Source: Balanoglossus misakiensis (lineage: Eukaryota > Animalia > Hemichordata). Taken from it: 64,000 nucleotides of DNA. The notes below the pieces were generated by a model. It did not search any database. It worked only from the letters and a program-made list of their open reading frames with translations, and was not told where the DNA came from. Both the position numbers and the translations under genes were made by a program. Below, piece by piece: positions 26,401 to 41,400 of this stretch. The first letter of the stretch is position 1; each line of letters starts with the position of its first letter. Location: assembly GCA_040954595.2 (NCBI GenBank), contig CM082577.2, positions 6,188,301 to 6,252,300 on the forward strand, given 5' to 3'.

Positions 26401-29400
26401 ACCTTGCTGAATGATAAATTGCATCAATATTTCCTATGTGCATGAGACCTTAAAAAATCAACCCAATTTTTGGAAGATAAGGAAGGGACAGAGTTACAAA
26501 TTCATTCTTACGCGTCTGCTCTGTCCGCGCTCTGACAGGGGGCTCGCTCCTCGGCCCGTCTCCCGCTGCGTTGAAGCACAGCACCTGCAGTTCGTAGGTG
26601 GTGTAACTCTCTAACCGGTCCACGATCAACTCAGTGGCAGACGACGAAGTCACCGATCGCATCTTCTCCTCCTGGGTGTTGGCCAACCAGTAGAACACCT
26701 TGCATCCTTGCAGTCCTCCGTTCTGCGACTCTAGGGGTGGCTGCCTCCAAGTCATTTTGATTTGCGTCGGCCCGATAACAACGGCTTTCACGGATCTTGG
26801 TGGTGCAGTGGGAACTGTAGTGTACAAAGTCAGAAAATAAAGTTTTAATATCTTAGAAACAAATATAAAATTTAAATATCTTAGAAACAAACATAAAATT
26901 TAAATATCTTAGAAGCCATTTTTTTTTACAAAAACCTGAAACAGCAATCTAAAAGAACACATTTATATGTGAGGAAACTATAAAAAGCACTGACCAGCCT
27001 CTCCAACGTATATGGTGTACGGAGTGCTGGCGGGTCCATCGCCTATCCTGTTGTTGACCCGTATGACAATTTCGTACCACGCAAACATGGTCAAGTCTGT
27101 CAATTCGTACTCTCGCTCAAACTCGTTGGTGACCACATGCTCCATGTACGTAGTCTCTGTCAGCTGTCTGTACTGGATTTTGTATCCGCGGAAGATTCCG
27201 TTGAAGTTTTGAGCCGGGGGTGGCTGCAAGCAGGGACACAAAAAGACCACATTCAGTTTCATTACTGAAACATGGTACATGGTTGGGTGTTTTTTACAGA
27301 CATCAGTCTTTCCCCGATTGTACAGGTTTCAGAGCATAAAACAACACAAATAACTTTATCCTAAGTGATGCAAAAATAACCCAAGTATCTACACAGTCAT
27401 TTCGTCCCTATAAGCGGCAGAAACTACAAATAATGATCATCAAGGTGCCACTCCGTGATTTTACAACACTGTCGAAACTGAACGTTTCAAAATGGCTTCT
27501 TTAGCATTACCTCCCACATTACGTCAACAGAGGTTGCAGTGTAAGGAATGACATCTGTGATGGTCGGGGCTGCATCAGGTACTGTGAATGTAAAGAAAGA
27601 GACATGAATTTAACCAAAATAACATTTGTATCTCTGCTGCAAAGATTCACAGTCTATTAACTGGCAAAGGTATCAGATTGCAATTGTCGAGGACAAGATG
27701 TCAAGAATGCAGGGGATCTGACGAGCCCCTTTTTTGGAAGAATACTTACAATCTTGCAGTGTTGTCACCATGTCTGATGGGATACTGTTGCCGCTGGCTC
27801 CAACATCGTTATGGGCTGTCATGCGGAATTGGTACGTTGTGTATGGTGACAAGCTGAGGAGTAATCAACACATCAATCAATCAATCAATCAATCAATCAC
27901 ATGTCCAAAAGTTACCAGGTTATCTCCAGAACATCTCACCAACACCCAGACACTTGCCACCCATAAGTTAGGGGATATAGTTGGTGTAAGCGCCTGGTGT
28001 GAAAACGTTTAGGGGATGCCTATCCTGGATCTGTTCAAAAACCTATCTACATGTACGCACAATTCAAAACTAAATACTTTTCTGTCACATTCAAATTGTC
28101 TATGGGCGTCACTGAACTGATAGTAAAAGCACAGAGGACTCACTTGTCTATGAGGTAGGTGGTCTTGGCAGCATCAATATCGGTGGTGTGCGTGCGCCAT
28201 GAAGTGCCGACCTTTTTGTACTCGATGGTGAAGTAGCGTATGGGCGCATCGGTATTTGGGACTGGCGTCCACAGCAAGGTCACGTCCCTGCTGTGCACCT
28301 CCCCCTGGGGCACCAGCAGATTCACGGGCGGCTCAGGTGGGTCTGCAACAAAATAATGTGACATTAAAAAAAGGGGGCGTACAGTAACCCTTAATTTACA
28401 TATGCCCATATACGGTTAAAGGGGCATATTATGTAAATCTTCAAATGGCTGTATGGTATGCACATATTTTCACGAGGCCGCATAATAGTCTTGCAGGTTT
28501 TATAGATCACGTCTAGATTATGATAATAATTCCTTTCACGTACCTCTCACGACCACCGTGAGGACTAATGCCCGGGAGGGCTCGCCCCATCCAAGTCCAG
28601 TTCTGGCCGTGATGGTAAACATGTAGTAAGTCTGGGGTTCTAGGCCCTCCACATATTTGATGAGGGTGGTCGGAGGGAGGTCTTCAGTTTTGAGAATGTT
28701 GGTGGAAGTGTTCTTGCGATAGGTGACTCTGTAGCCCTCTATCTGGCCATTGGGTTCTGGCGGTTCCTGCCACACCAGTGTCAGATCTGTGTAGGTGACC
28801 TGGGGAAACCTAACGCCAGTAACAGGGCCTGGAACTGTGGGGGAGGGGAGGGGAAAATGAAAATTGTACATAGATGAAATGAAGTCAATATCAGATATTT
28901 AAATTAAAACAGAATCATTCAAGAAGTGAACTGTCACCATTCTTTCAATGTCATCAAACCATGTGATTATCTCTCCATAAACTTTACATTTACACATCAG
29001 TTTCTGTGAGTCTCGGAAGACTTAACCCGTTCCCATCAGCATCAATTTCACAAGGTCATGTACATGAGGAGAGAAACAACACACAGACTGTTTACAGAAT
29101 GAGACAAAATACAATGATAAAATCAAATTGACGAATTGGTACAGAAATTGAAAAAGAAATGACACATTTTATCGATGGCTGATATTGGATGCAGAGATAT
29201 ACGTACCATCTTCCAGCGTTCGTTCTCGGATCGGAGGTTCACTCAGCTGTCCGTCACCTACCCTGGTGTAGGCCATGACCTGGATGTCATACTGGACGTA
29301 TTTCCTGAGATCGGTGACGTCGGCGCTGCGACTGGCATTGTCTGCAGTGTCATAGTACTCGCACTCATCGGATGTAGCGTCACTCTCGCAGTACAGCACC

Positions 29401-32400
29401 TGGTGAAAGCAGATGTATTCGTCAGATAACAAAACACTGTACGTGAGCTGGCTTCTTTATTTATTCATTTCCAGAGCTTTTGTTAAGGGCATTTGAGCAC
29501 AAAAATGTTACGAAAGACATGAAAAACCATGGTTTCAAATTTCCAACGGACCAACATAGGCTACATACCACCATGTCCATGTTTGTCAAACTATTTCAAA
29601 TCCTAAATCGGACAAACTAACCTTGTAACCGAGAATGAGTCCATTCTGATCTCGCTCTGGTACTTCGTCCCAAGTGACACGTATTGTCGTGGAGTCCTCT
29701 GCTTTTGCCGTTACATTAGCCGGGCCAGCCGAAGGTACTAGCAGAAAAATCAAAATGACAAATTGTCAACAAACTGCAAATGATGTCTTTTCTTGAATCA
29801 GGGGTAAGTACATCACTGCTTTATATGTATCTTCGTTTTCAATACTCATAAATAGTACACAGACAAAATGAGGTCTTGTAAACATATGTTGTGAACTCAG
29901 ATTATTGTATACCTGAGTCCCTGGTTCTTTCCACTGTCACTTCACTGTAGGGTCCCCTTCCTTTCTCGTTGTACGCCTGTACTTTCACCTCGTACGCATT
30001 CCATTCCTCCAGGTCTTCTATGATGTAAGTGCGGCCAATGTAGTCGTCGATGTCTGCATACATGAAACTGCCAGCTGTTGACCGTCTGTAGACGGAGGAC
30101 ACTTGCCTCCACGCCACTCTGTAGCCGATGGGCACCCCATTCCACTGGTCCATGGTCAGAGGCTGCAAGGAAGTCATGACATTTCTAACTGATACTGAAC
30201 CAGTAATTCCTCTCCTTACATGAGACCGAATCCCCCATAAATGCCAAAATGTTGATTTTGATATCTGGTAAAAGCCGTAAATAACATGTTCATCCAAACT
30301 TTTGTTCTTCATATCACAACTCTAATTTGAAACGAAGAGAGTTACAATACTTACAATCCATCTGACAGTCAGGGATGTTTCACTGGCAGCTCTCACTGAC
30401 ACTGATTCTGGTGCTGTGGCAGGAACTGAGAAAAATACACACAAAATTAGAAGTTAAATTTTCAACTTTCCAGTTACAGAATCCATTACTAGGAATTAAA
30501 ATTATATAAAGTGAAATTCATTGTGTTATGGAATCGAATATTCAGAGTGACAGTTACAAAATCTGCTACCATTATTAATTAACCCGTCTGCCTTATAAAG
30601 TCATGTGGTGTACTTTCTTTAAGTCAGTATGGAGCTCCACTGAAGCAATGCACCTCCTTTAGTCAATATGGTTTTAAACACCTCTCTACACAAATGTTAC
30701 ACACCTCTCGACGCAAATATGACGAATATGGTGAACAGCTTGAAACACAAACATCATCTACTAGGGGCAATGTTTTCCATTTGTCACAAAACTGAAATCC
30801 CAGACCTTGTTAACAAAACTAGCTTTAGCACAAGCAAGTTACCACTCACTATCTTGTTGCGTTTCCACCTCTCGCGACGGCTCGCTGGGACCGCTGGAGC
30901 CGACAACATTGATGGCCGTCAGCCGAAATATGTATCTCGTAAACGGTTTGAGCGACGTTATCTCAAAGTTATACGCATCGGGGTCGTGGTGTTCGTAGAT
31001 GGTGACCCATTCCTCGGCCCCGTTGATCCGAGCTTCGACCTTCCACGTGTTGATGCTGGTTTTGCCGTCGTAGCCCGGCGAATACTGCAGGATGACACTG
31101 TAGGCCTGGATGTTGGACACGGCCAGGTTGATGGGTTTGGTGGGGAGCTCTGTCAACAGAAGACAAATGAATGGGGTGACTTGAAGCATACAGCCTTACC
31201 ATTTGATGATTTTAGACACTTGCATAAACTTTAAGAACTCAATATCGATCATTATATTTTCCCCCGAATTCAACAGCAGGAACCCTTATGTATTTTGAGC
31301 GTTTCCTTCTAATTCCATCTCAAACATGAAAATCACCCCACTGTTCAAACACTGGACCCACCACTGCCATGCAGATGAACATCCTTGCATTATTTCTTAC
31401 CTGGTGGTACCCCAGACGCAATGGTTGACTTGACTGGTGGGCCAGGTCCCATCTGCGTTTCAGCCATGACGGTGATCTCGTACATGGTCAGAGCCGTCAG
31501 ACCTGTAACAGTGTGATAGACAGTGTCTGCGGGTACGTCCTCGCTTCTGTACGTTTCCGAGCTATTGTATTCCTGTACACCCACTATGTAGCCTGAAATA
31601 TATATAAAAAAAAAATACTAAGAATTTTATAAACTGGTGTCAAGATCGCTGACATCTCTTTCTTAAAACCTTTCATCATCCCTTCGTCACAATTTAACAT
31701 TGTATCTTCATAGGAACAACGCTACTACACAGAAAGCAAAACTTCAAAGTCAACTTTCTATTTGAGGAGGAAAATGATGGTTGATCAAATAATCCACTAG
31801 TCAGCCACATATAAATGGACACTGAAAGCTTCATTCAAACTTGAAACTGAGCAAAATGGTAACAATGTAAATGGATTGGATATTTTACCTGTGAGGATTC
31901 CATTGACTAACTCGGGGGTGGACCAGCTGACTTTCAGTGACGTGTCATAGATCTCGGTGAAGGTTAAATCCCCAACAGGTCCAGGAACTGAGGAGAAATA
32001 TTAAACATGTCTGTTACATTGGGTGATTTTCAATCCTTGGTTCTTGCATTTGTTCTTGACATTGAATGATTATGTGGTGCAAAGCCTGAGTTTTCCATTC
32101 AGATATTTATCAAGTTAAACCATTTGCATACTCTACGTGTATGGGTTACAATACAAGGCTATTATTCCGACAAGCAGTACTGGTTGTAAAACTTGCCCTG
32201 GCCACTTTCTATACCCAACCAACAACAGACAAACTCTTACCATCCTGATATGTTCTGACTCTCTGAGGCTGACTGTCCGGGCCTTCCCCAGCCACAGTGT
32301 AACACAAGACTGACGTGAAGTATTCCGTGTACTTCTTCAAACCTGTGATGTAGCCTATCTGCATGGGCTCCATCGGATTCGGCGGGACAATGACAATGAC

Positions 32401-35400
32401 TTTGAAGTCTGGGTTGCTGTCTTCCCAAGCCCTCATCTGAAATTAATTCACACAATGAAAGACGCTGGATTTGTCGATCTGGCCTATAGAACCATGCATT
32501 ATTTCTTCGCCAAGAAATTTGGGGGAATGGGCTAAATGGACTAGCTATGTCACCTATGCAAATTTAGCCATCGGTACCACGGAAAGTTGAGAACTAGCCA
32601 ATCACAGATTTTTACAGGGTGGCATTGAGACAAAAATGTGCCACCAAAAAGTCATTCGAAGACTTAGACACACCCTTTTAACCATATATGGGCATATGTA
32701 AATTTAAGGTGATTATGTCCACCAATATGGTGGACAATAGAATAATGTGACAATTAAACAATGTGTGATGATTCAGGCAGCCTTACCTTGTAGCCCTGGT
32801 TGACACCATAGATGTTCTGAGCATTTGGGGCTCGCCATGTAAACCTGACAGTTGTGGAGTTGACAGCGTCGCTAGTAACAGACCTGGGTGCTTCGGTTGG
32901 CACTGAGATGAAGAAACCACACAGAAGAGTTGAAACACACATAAGTTGCATGATTTTGTGAACATATGTCTACTGATCCAAACACACGGGGTCAAATCTT
33001 GCTGTTTTAACGCCAGAAAATAGATGTACTCAAAACTATCCACAGATCGAGAATAACCATTGCCTAAGAGGGGGAGAAGTCACCACTCCCAAGTTCAACA
33101 ATAAACACAACTGCAGGTGTGTACAACTATGTCCAAGAAACAACATTTTTGTGTGTGTTCAATTTACAATGAGATTTTGTTCACTGGCACCAGCCTGCCC
33201 TCCGGAATGTGATCCACTGTACATACTTAAACCTACACCACATAAAAGATATAGACCAGACAGAAGCATATTTGGTCAGTAGAAATGTAGAGATTGCAGC
33301 AACATTTCCACCAACAAAATACAAATAACACTTTCATCAGACTCACCTCCCTCCAATGTCCGCACTTCAATTTCTGAACTGTACATGCCAGTGCCTTTGG
33401 AGTTGTAGGCGGCTATGTGGATGGCGTAATTGGTCCATGTTATCAACTCCCTCAGTTCGTACGAGAGCTGCTGCGGATTATCGATGTCCCTGGTCTGCCA
33501 CGGCGCAAGGGAGTAGCCTGCCAGTTTGTACTCGATTCTGTACCCCAGCAGCGCTCCGTTCCATTTCTCTTCTGGTGGAGCCTTTTTATGAGTGAAGATA
33601 GAGCAATGACATGGATACAATTTTCAAACCCATATGTTCATATAATATTTGGAATTTTCAAGTGATGTTCACAAAAGTACCTGATATGGCAAGACCTATA
33701 GAGTGTATATACCGTACACACTGTCAGATAATCTTACCTGCCATTGCATCATGATTGATGACTGAGATCTGGGTGACACAGCTACTCCTATGGGCGGTGC
33801 GCCGGGAGCTGCAATGCAAACACAAGCAATGGTCAAATATGCTATACATGTAACATGGCATAAGTCTTAGACATTACTTCTTTCGCATATTAAACACTGC
33901 ACATTATTTTCCTGTCACTGGTATGTCATCAAGAGTGATAATGCTAATAATTGAATTGATAGCTTGGTCTACACAAATCCTGATTTCCGACACTATGCGA
34001 AGTATATGCCAAATCTGATGTCGTCCTACCACAATATAAACACAAAATACTCCCCAGTCAAGGGGACTGAGTGAAACACAGGCATGATATACCAACGGAT
34101 TTACATGGAATGCACTGTTGTGTGTGTACTCACGTTCTTCAGGCAGTGTCACATTGTTGCTGGGCTGACTGTATGGACCCTGTCCGACATCATTGACAGC
34201 GCACACTTTGAACGCATAGCTCCAGGAGGGAGTCAGGTTTGGTATGGACACTGATGAAGAATCCGGTGCTACATTGGAAAACATTATCTGCCAGGGTTTA
34301 TCTATAAAAGGACATTGCAGCAAAACAGATCATTAAAATCTACATCGGCAAACCACACATATAAGGCTGTGTAAGTGTTACCATGGTTAATGACACAAAA
34401 GTGGCAAAATGTATATTAGCCAACATTATCAAAATGATATGAAATTTCAAAAGCAAACCAGCCAATATGTTAAATTACTGTTTGAACATGATGTGACAAT
34501 CTCAGATGGTCCCTTAAATGACACGTAATTGACTCACTGTTTTCTTTCATTTGTATGATGAATCTTACAAGTGGTCTATTCCCATCATAAGATGGCACCC
34601 AGACGACATCGATGGTTCTCTCTTGAGTGGAACTCAATCTTCCTTGCAGAAACTGTGGTGCGAATGGTAACTCTGAAATCAAAGTACACAAAAAGTTGTC
34701 ACAAAAAGACAAAGATACAGTCATATCCAGGTTATCATTGTAATATTATGCACAATTCCATATGCAGTATTTGAACTTTTTTTCCCTTCAATCTGAAGGA
34801 TGTGTGGAAATATTGCAAGTTTCTGTTCCTTGATAGAACTGCAAATGAATATTGTAAAGCACATTACAAATGAAAATAAAGCATCCAAGGATTATGATAA
34901 TGTCCAATTAGTGAGCGATACTCTACTCCTCCAGAAGGAAGTTAATATACATCAAGGTTCCCTGTCCGGGCAGCCCGATGCTCCCCTGATGAAAGTAAAC
35001 CTTGGCAGAACAGGGATTTGCCATCTCATTTCCAATATGCCAACCAAATCTTGAAAGTAAACTCACCGCTAACTTCCAGCCTCGCAGTGCGTTGATCGTT
35101 GCCACCGGGCGAGGTCACCTTGCAGGTGTAGTTCCCGATGTCATCGCTCCTGGCCTCGCGGATTTCCAGTCCTCCGTCCGGCAGAATGGAGATTCTGGAG
35201 GTCTGCTCCAGGTTGATTTCCACATTGTTCTTCAGCCACACAATGCGAATGGCGATGTCTGCATCGTGCACCACATCGCACAAGAAATTGGCGGTGTAGC
35301 CCTTCACGACGTTCGTGTCCTGTGGGTGGGCACCCCTGATTCTTGTACGTACTGTAAATAAACAAACAAAACAACACTAATTAGAATCCAGCAAATGAAA

Positions 35401-38400
35401 ATGTGTCGTAATCGCTTTCAAAAAAATAACACAGACTGAAACTTACAACACCCCAAATTGTGCATTGAAGAAGATCAGATGTCATGAAATCAGAAATTTC
35501 CTGTTGGACAATTTTGTTAGCACTGAGCACTACAGAAGGTTATAGCACAATTCCTAAGTCTTTGATAGTTCTTTATGTGCTGAATGTAGAAAAATCAGCA
35601 TGGTGACCTTTTTTTCCAATATCCACAGGGACTGGGTTGAACATGTCAGAATTTCTCTATACTGAATTCACACATTCACTTACTTTGGACTGTGAGCATA
35701 GCACTGGCGTTGACTGAGCCGATGGGATTGGTAGCCACACAGGTGTACACTCCAGTGTCTTCCTTCATTGACTGAGTAATTAACAGGTCACCATTGCCCG
35801 ACAGACTGAATCGCAGTGAGGACACTGACTTACTGGCAACAATTGTGTCACCTGAATCAAACACAAAAATACAAACACAAGTGTATCAGTAGCTCTTTCA
35901 CCCCTGTTTCCAACTGTAGAGATCCAACTTTACTACAGAAAACAATGGATTTGGACCAAACCATAGTAGTGGGAGGGTTAAAAGTAGCTACAAGTACTTT
36001 ATCAGCAATCAGCAAGTTTGTAGCAAACTGTACAATAAAAATAATATTGTTTGCTCCAGGAAAGGGTATCGGAGATTGCATTATTATGGCAACTATCATG
36101 TGACACAGTGAGAGTAGTACATACCTCTCTTCCATGTGATATCTGGCTGTGGTGCTCCTTCTACGCGGCACGTCATGGTCGCTGGGTAGCCATCGGTGAC
36201 AGTGGTAGCGTTTGGGGGCTGTACGATTGTCGGCGGAATGCCTGTGGTAAGAGATTCCAGAATAATGCAGATGTATAAAAATACATACATACAGACACAC
36301 GCAACCAATCCAATAAGGTCCCACTGGTATATAAACATAACTTTAACCTCTGAACCACTTTCACTTACTTTGCACTTTAAACCATGTGTCAGCCACAAGC
36401 AAGTCGACATCGTTTTCTGCAAAACACTGAAACATGCCTCCATCTTCAAGTTGTATGTCGCGTATCTGTAGACTTCCAGTGGGTTGTTCCTGCATTAATG
36501 AAACCACAGCAAAGCAAGATTTGAAGATGCAATTTCATGTGATATTGTGAAATTAAACACTAATTATCATGCTCGCTCACTAAGCATGGCTTCATAATGA
36601 GTTCGATATGAACACACTTACTCATCATACAGCAAATGTATAATTTTGATGGTTCATGGAATATTGAAACTTCAATCAAATAGATTTTAACATCATATTA
36701 AATAATAATGACATCATAGACCAGAAAGTTCACAGAGCTGGGATGCGATTCTGTCAATCATCACTATTCGATTCTCATACACAAGTGGTAGATAGTAAAA
36801 AGCAGTTATACAACAAACTGTGCACTCAGACATTCAGAGTACTGTCATGCAAGAGAAGCCACTATGCTTGTCAAACATAATGCACATCTATCACAGAGTA
36901 TAGTCACTCACCCTGTATCTGATGTTTGAAAGAGAGCTGACTCTGACAGCGTCTTTATACCAAGTGTATGTGGGTTGAAGAACTCCAGTGGCCTGGCAGG
37001 GAATATCCACGACAAAGCCAACTTCGCCTGTAGTATCCGGTGGAGGTGTAACAACCCACGTTGGGGTAGCTAGATGTTGGGAAGGAGTAGGAATTTGTAG
37101 AAGAAAAAGTTAGAAGCAAATTTTAAAATACAGCTAGGCATGGAGAATGTATCTCGCAGGAACAAAGGGGTTGCAAAAATAATCTAAAAGAACAATTTTT
37201 CTTTAGCTAATGTCAGCATACTACTTGCACTAGTACATGAGCCATTTTTATTGTATGGTTATAACACACAGAGAAACCCATGGAGAATCAGGTACAACAG
37301 CTTGACGTGACTACGTGGAATCTATCAACTGCCACCAATGTCAACATCTAAACATTCTTTTGTTTTTATATACTGGGCTTCAACCTCGTCATCTGCACTG
37401 TGATTTTGCTGCACTTTCTCCACACACATCGTGACAACTTACTGTGCATTGTTATGTTGGCTGTGATCTTCAGGGGGTTGAAGGAATACGGAGGCAGCTG
37501 TACTTCACACTCGTAGACGCCCTCATCACGTTCATTGGGATAATTCAAGACATACTTCGGTCCATTGTTGCTAGTGATGACTTGACCGTCCTTTCGCCAA
37601 ATATGGATCAGATTATCTATAGGTCTGATAGGAAACACAGAATGGCCCATATAAATCGCTGGATTTCTTCCCATTGAAACCCTTCATACATACCCAATGT
37701 AGAAGACGACAAAAAAATGAATAATTCTAGTCACACGCTATATATATTCCTACAATCAATTCACAACATCTTTGAGGAAGTTGTCATTTTCTTCAATCTG
37801 TTCAAAAAAAAATCTCAAAGAGTTGAGTTCTTTGGAGGGCCAAAATATCAACTTACTTGGCATTAGCTATGCACTCTAATGTGGCTATTGCATCACCCCG
37901 CTTGATTATTGTGTGCACAGGTGGTATGATTATGCTTGGTCCAATTATGCTTGGTGAAGAACCTGTAATGCGGAGGGGAAATTATAGAGTACTCCTGGTG
38001 AGACTCAGCGGGAAAGCAACAGGGTTGAATTTTATTTCAAAACAGAATTGCACAAACTACAATTCTAGAGAGGATAAGATTCTGGTCTTTAATCCTTTGC
38101 ACCCTGACCTCCCGATCAGAAGTTTTCTTTCGAGTCGGGTTCAAGGGCTTGATGATGGCACCAACTGTGGGAAATGATAAGAAATCCAGCACAGTTTAAC
38201 CGTTCACCCCCACCCCCATTTTCCTTTTATAGAACCCAGCAATAACACTGAGAACAATGCAGTTGGATCAAACCATTGCGGTGAAAAGGGTCAAAACACG
38301 CTCTACAAACACACTTCTTGCTCATCAGTAACTGTATCATACAGGCAGGTCAACCAGATCAGACAGTCAACTCACCAATGTCTGTGACTCTCAGAGTGAT

Positions 38401-41400
38401 TATAGGGCTTTCCTTGGTGATGCCGTACTCCGTATTGAAGGCGCTGCAGGAATACTGTCCGCCGTCGATTCCGGCCGCTGCCAGGATGACAAGCCTATCA
38501 TCCAGGGTCTGGATCTTCCGCCTGTCCAGACTGCTAATGGGAACGCCATCTTTTTTCCACATCATCAAAGGTTTGGGCAAGCTCTCTGCAATACACAAAT
38601 ACATAAAATTAAAAAAACATCATTTGTTATTGTTTTATTATTTCAATTCACATAAACATCTTTTGTTATTGTTTTATTATTTCAATTCACATAATCAGTT
38701 GTACATTGTACTTGTTGAAACACAATTGCAGCTGTTTGAGTTCTACTCATACGTGACTGCAGCATACAATGGCATTACATGTAACTCTTTGCACCATATT
38801 CCCTATCACAATATGGCAACGTTGGCCATGATTTTTCAATACATTACAACTGACAACAGGTGACCATGAGATGACCTTACATGGGAACTTTTGAGTTCCT
38901 GCACATCACTGTGTACAGAAGTAGCTTTGTCATTTTTTATGCATGAATTGCAACAATGGCCATTTTGCCTCATCAAAAAAAACGGTCACTTTTTTTAAAA
39001 TACCTGCGCATTCAAGCATGTCCTGCAATGGGATGCACCACTGGTATCAAGCATGATATTAAATTAGACGCTGTCATACATGAATTTCAAATACAATCAT
39101 GTCATGCATATTATTATCAAGGCAGCGGTCACATGAGCCACACTGTGGCAATGGCCACTGGTCAAAACTCCAGTCAAATGGAAAGTGTAACATTACAGGA
39201 AGTTTCACACTCCGTCAATGGGTGTAATCAATCTCCGGAACAGGAAATTTAATTTGTACATCAGGGATGATGAAAACTCACCGATGTCAGGACAGGAGAG
39301 AATCACCGCGTTGCCTTCTTGAACCGACACTTGCCTCGCGCTGCCTTGAAAGTCTTCGATAACTGAAACAAGATGATAAAAAAAAAAACACTAAATAAGT
39401 ATTTTGCAGTGTGGTGGCAGTTACATTGAATGCATTGGAGCATGTACAGTCTGGTTTGTGGCGTCTTGTACACAGCCAATTTGATCTGACAGAACAGATA
39501 CCCTGGGGCGGATTGTAAAGAGAACCCATACAATGTATGAGACTCCAATATGTGTGGGACAGTTTAACCTCATTTTCCTCTTGCAGATTCAATCAAGCAA
39601 GAGGCCCTAACAAACAACTGCCTTCAGTATTACTGTTAGTACTTCTGAAGTACAGCATAGGTTCTCAACTGACCAATGACCTCTAGGTGTTTCTTATGCA
39701 AGGAAGTTCTGTTCACAGTTCCTGGTTATCAGGAGATTAACATACAGTGGATTTACTGAGTTAAACAGGAGTGAAATTTCTTGATGTTCCGTTCAGGAGT
39801 GTAGGAATACATCCATACCACCTTGAAACAGATCAACAGGAAATTTACGCCCAAAACTCGAGAGTGACGAGTTTGTTGACCTCAAACATCGCAGATGCCA
39901 TGGCAATGAGTCAAAAAATGCCACAACTCATGAAGGGCCACTAGACCGCATGTTAAGTGTTCAGTTTATTATTGGTGGTCAAGTAATTGTTGAACACAGG
40001 AGCAGGAAATGGTCATGGCTTCCCTGTTTATGAAATGCTTGAACAACGAAGGCAGGATTGTGTGTGCAGAAAGAATGCCTTTATGGTTCAGGTCAGAGGT
40101 TGGGCGTTTTCACTCTAACCCAGCTGTGTGTTCTTCGTTATCTGTTGTTATTTTATTCTTTTGGTATGATCTTTCCTCAATTGACTTCAATCCACTGTCA
40201 AAATTGCGTTTTCAAAATATAAACACTGACAACTACATGTAAACCAACTGTGCAGCAACACTTATTACTGTAAACAAAGTACAAATGTACATGCTCAATT
40301 GTAAATCACATTACCTCACATTAAATTTATGTTCAACCTTACGGCCTGCTTGTGTATAATAAAGATCAATTTTATCGCGGTTAAACAAATCATTATAACT
40401 GACACAATCTTTGAATGATAATAGTTTAATGGTGCCAGAAATGAAGGGGTTTGTCTAGGGTGTCTATTGTGTGTTGTGTCCAGCCACATTGATCAGGCAA
40501 CGATTCCTTTGATGAAGCCAGACAGCCATTACAATTTACATACCACGTACAGTTTGACTGTCTTGATAAACTGCCTTTGTTAAGAACAGACAAGGTTGCA
40601 GAAACATTTGATGTTTGCTGCTTTATTTCAAAGGATGGGCTGCCTGCATATAACTTTCTTAAAAGGATAGATTGACTGCATAGTATAGTGCTACACACTT
40701 TCTATTTCAAGTTTGTCATCTCTGCCTGTTGATCATTTTGGTGTATGGTACCGTAGGTTAGGTCACAATCCATTCCTAATTCACAACAATGACAGCAACC
40801 CTGCCCTACTAAAGTAAACTATTTTGTTCAACACTGTTCAACACGGGGGTGATTAAAATGCCACCTTCGGGCTAATGATAAGTACAAAATGGCGGTATTC
40901 TACACATGCAAATATCGCGAGTTCGACTCAAAAAAGTCAATGGTAATATAAACTCAGTCAATGTCCTATTTTCCAATCAGGCACAGGCCACCTTCACACT
41001 TAATCACATGGCCACTTTCCTAATTTCTTTGAGACTTTTACTATAGAATTTTCGGTTAACATAACAAATAACACAAGTAACCCACTCAGTGAGTTGGGAA
41101 TGTATGACCAGTTATTTGAGAGACATCATCTATATTAGAGTCTGGTACCACATATAGCTTGAACATTACTTTGTTCCAATTTACTACCGTAACAGATCAA
41201 AAGAATTAATCTGATGTTTAAAATTTCCGTGCGTAATCCAAGCTCTCTCAACGCACTTCAGGCACAAGTTTGGCACAGACAGACATACATTTGGCGATTG
41301 CTAAAAGTGGGATTGAACTGTTCGTTCCAGACAAAACAGCTTGTTTCAAACATAATGGTTAGAGAGACAAAGTTACATAATAACAATTCTTGTACATGTA

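Noticed and set aside
30668-31234. Long plus-strand ORFs antisense to SDK exons (also 38318-38863)
   Set aside because: Shadow ORFs of coding exons with no independent gene signals.
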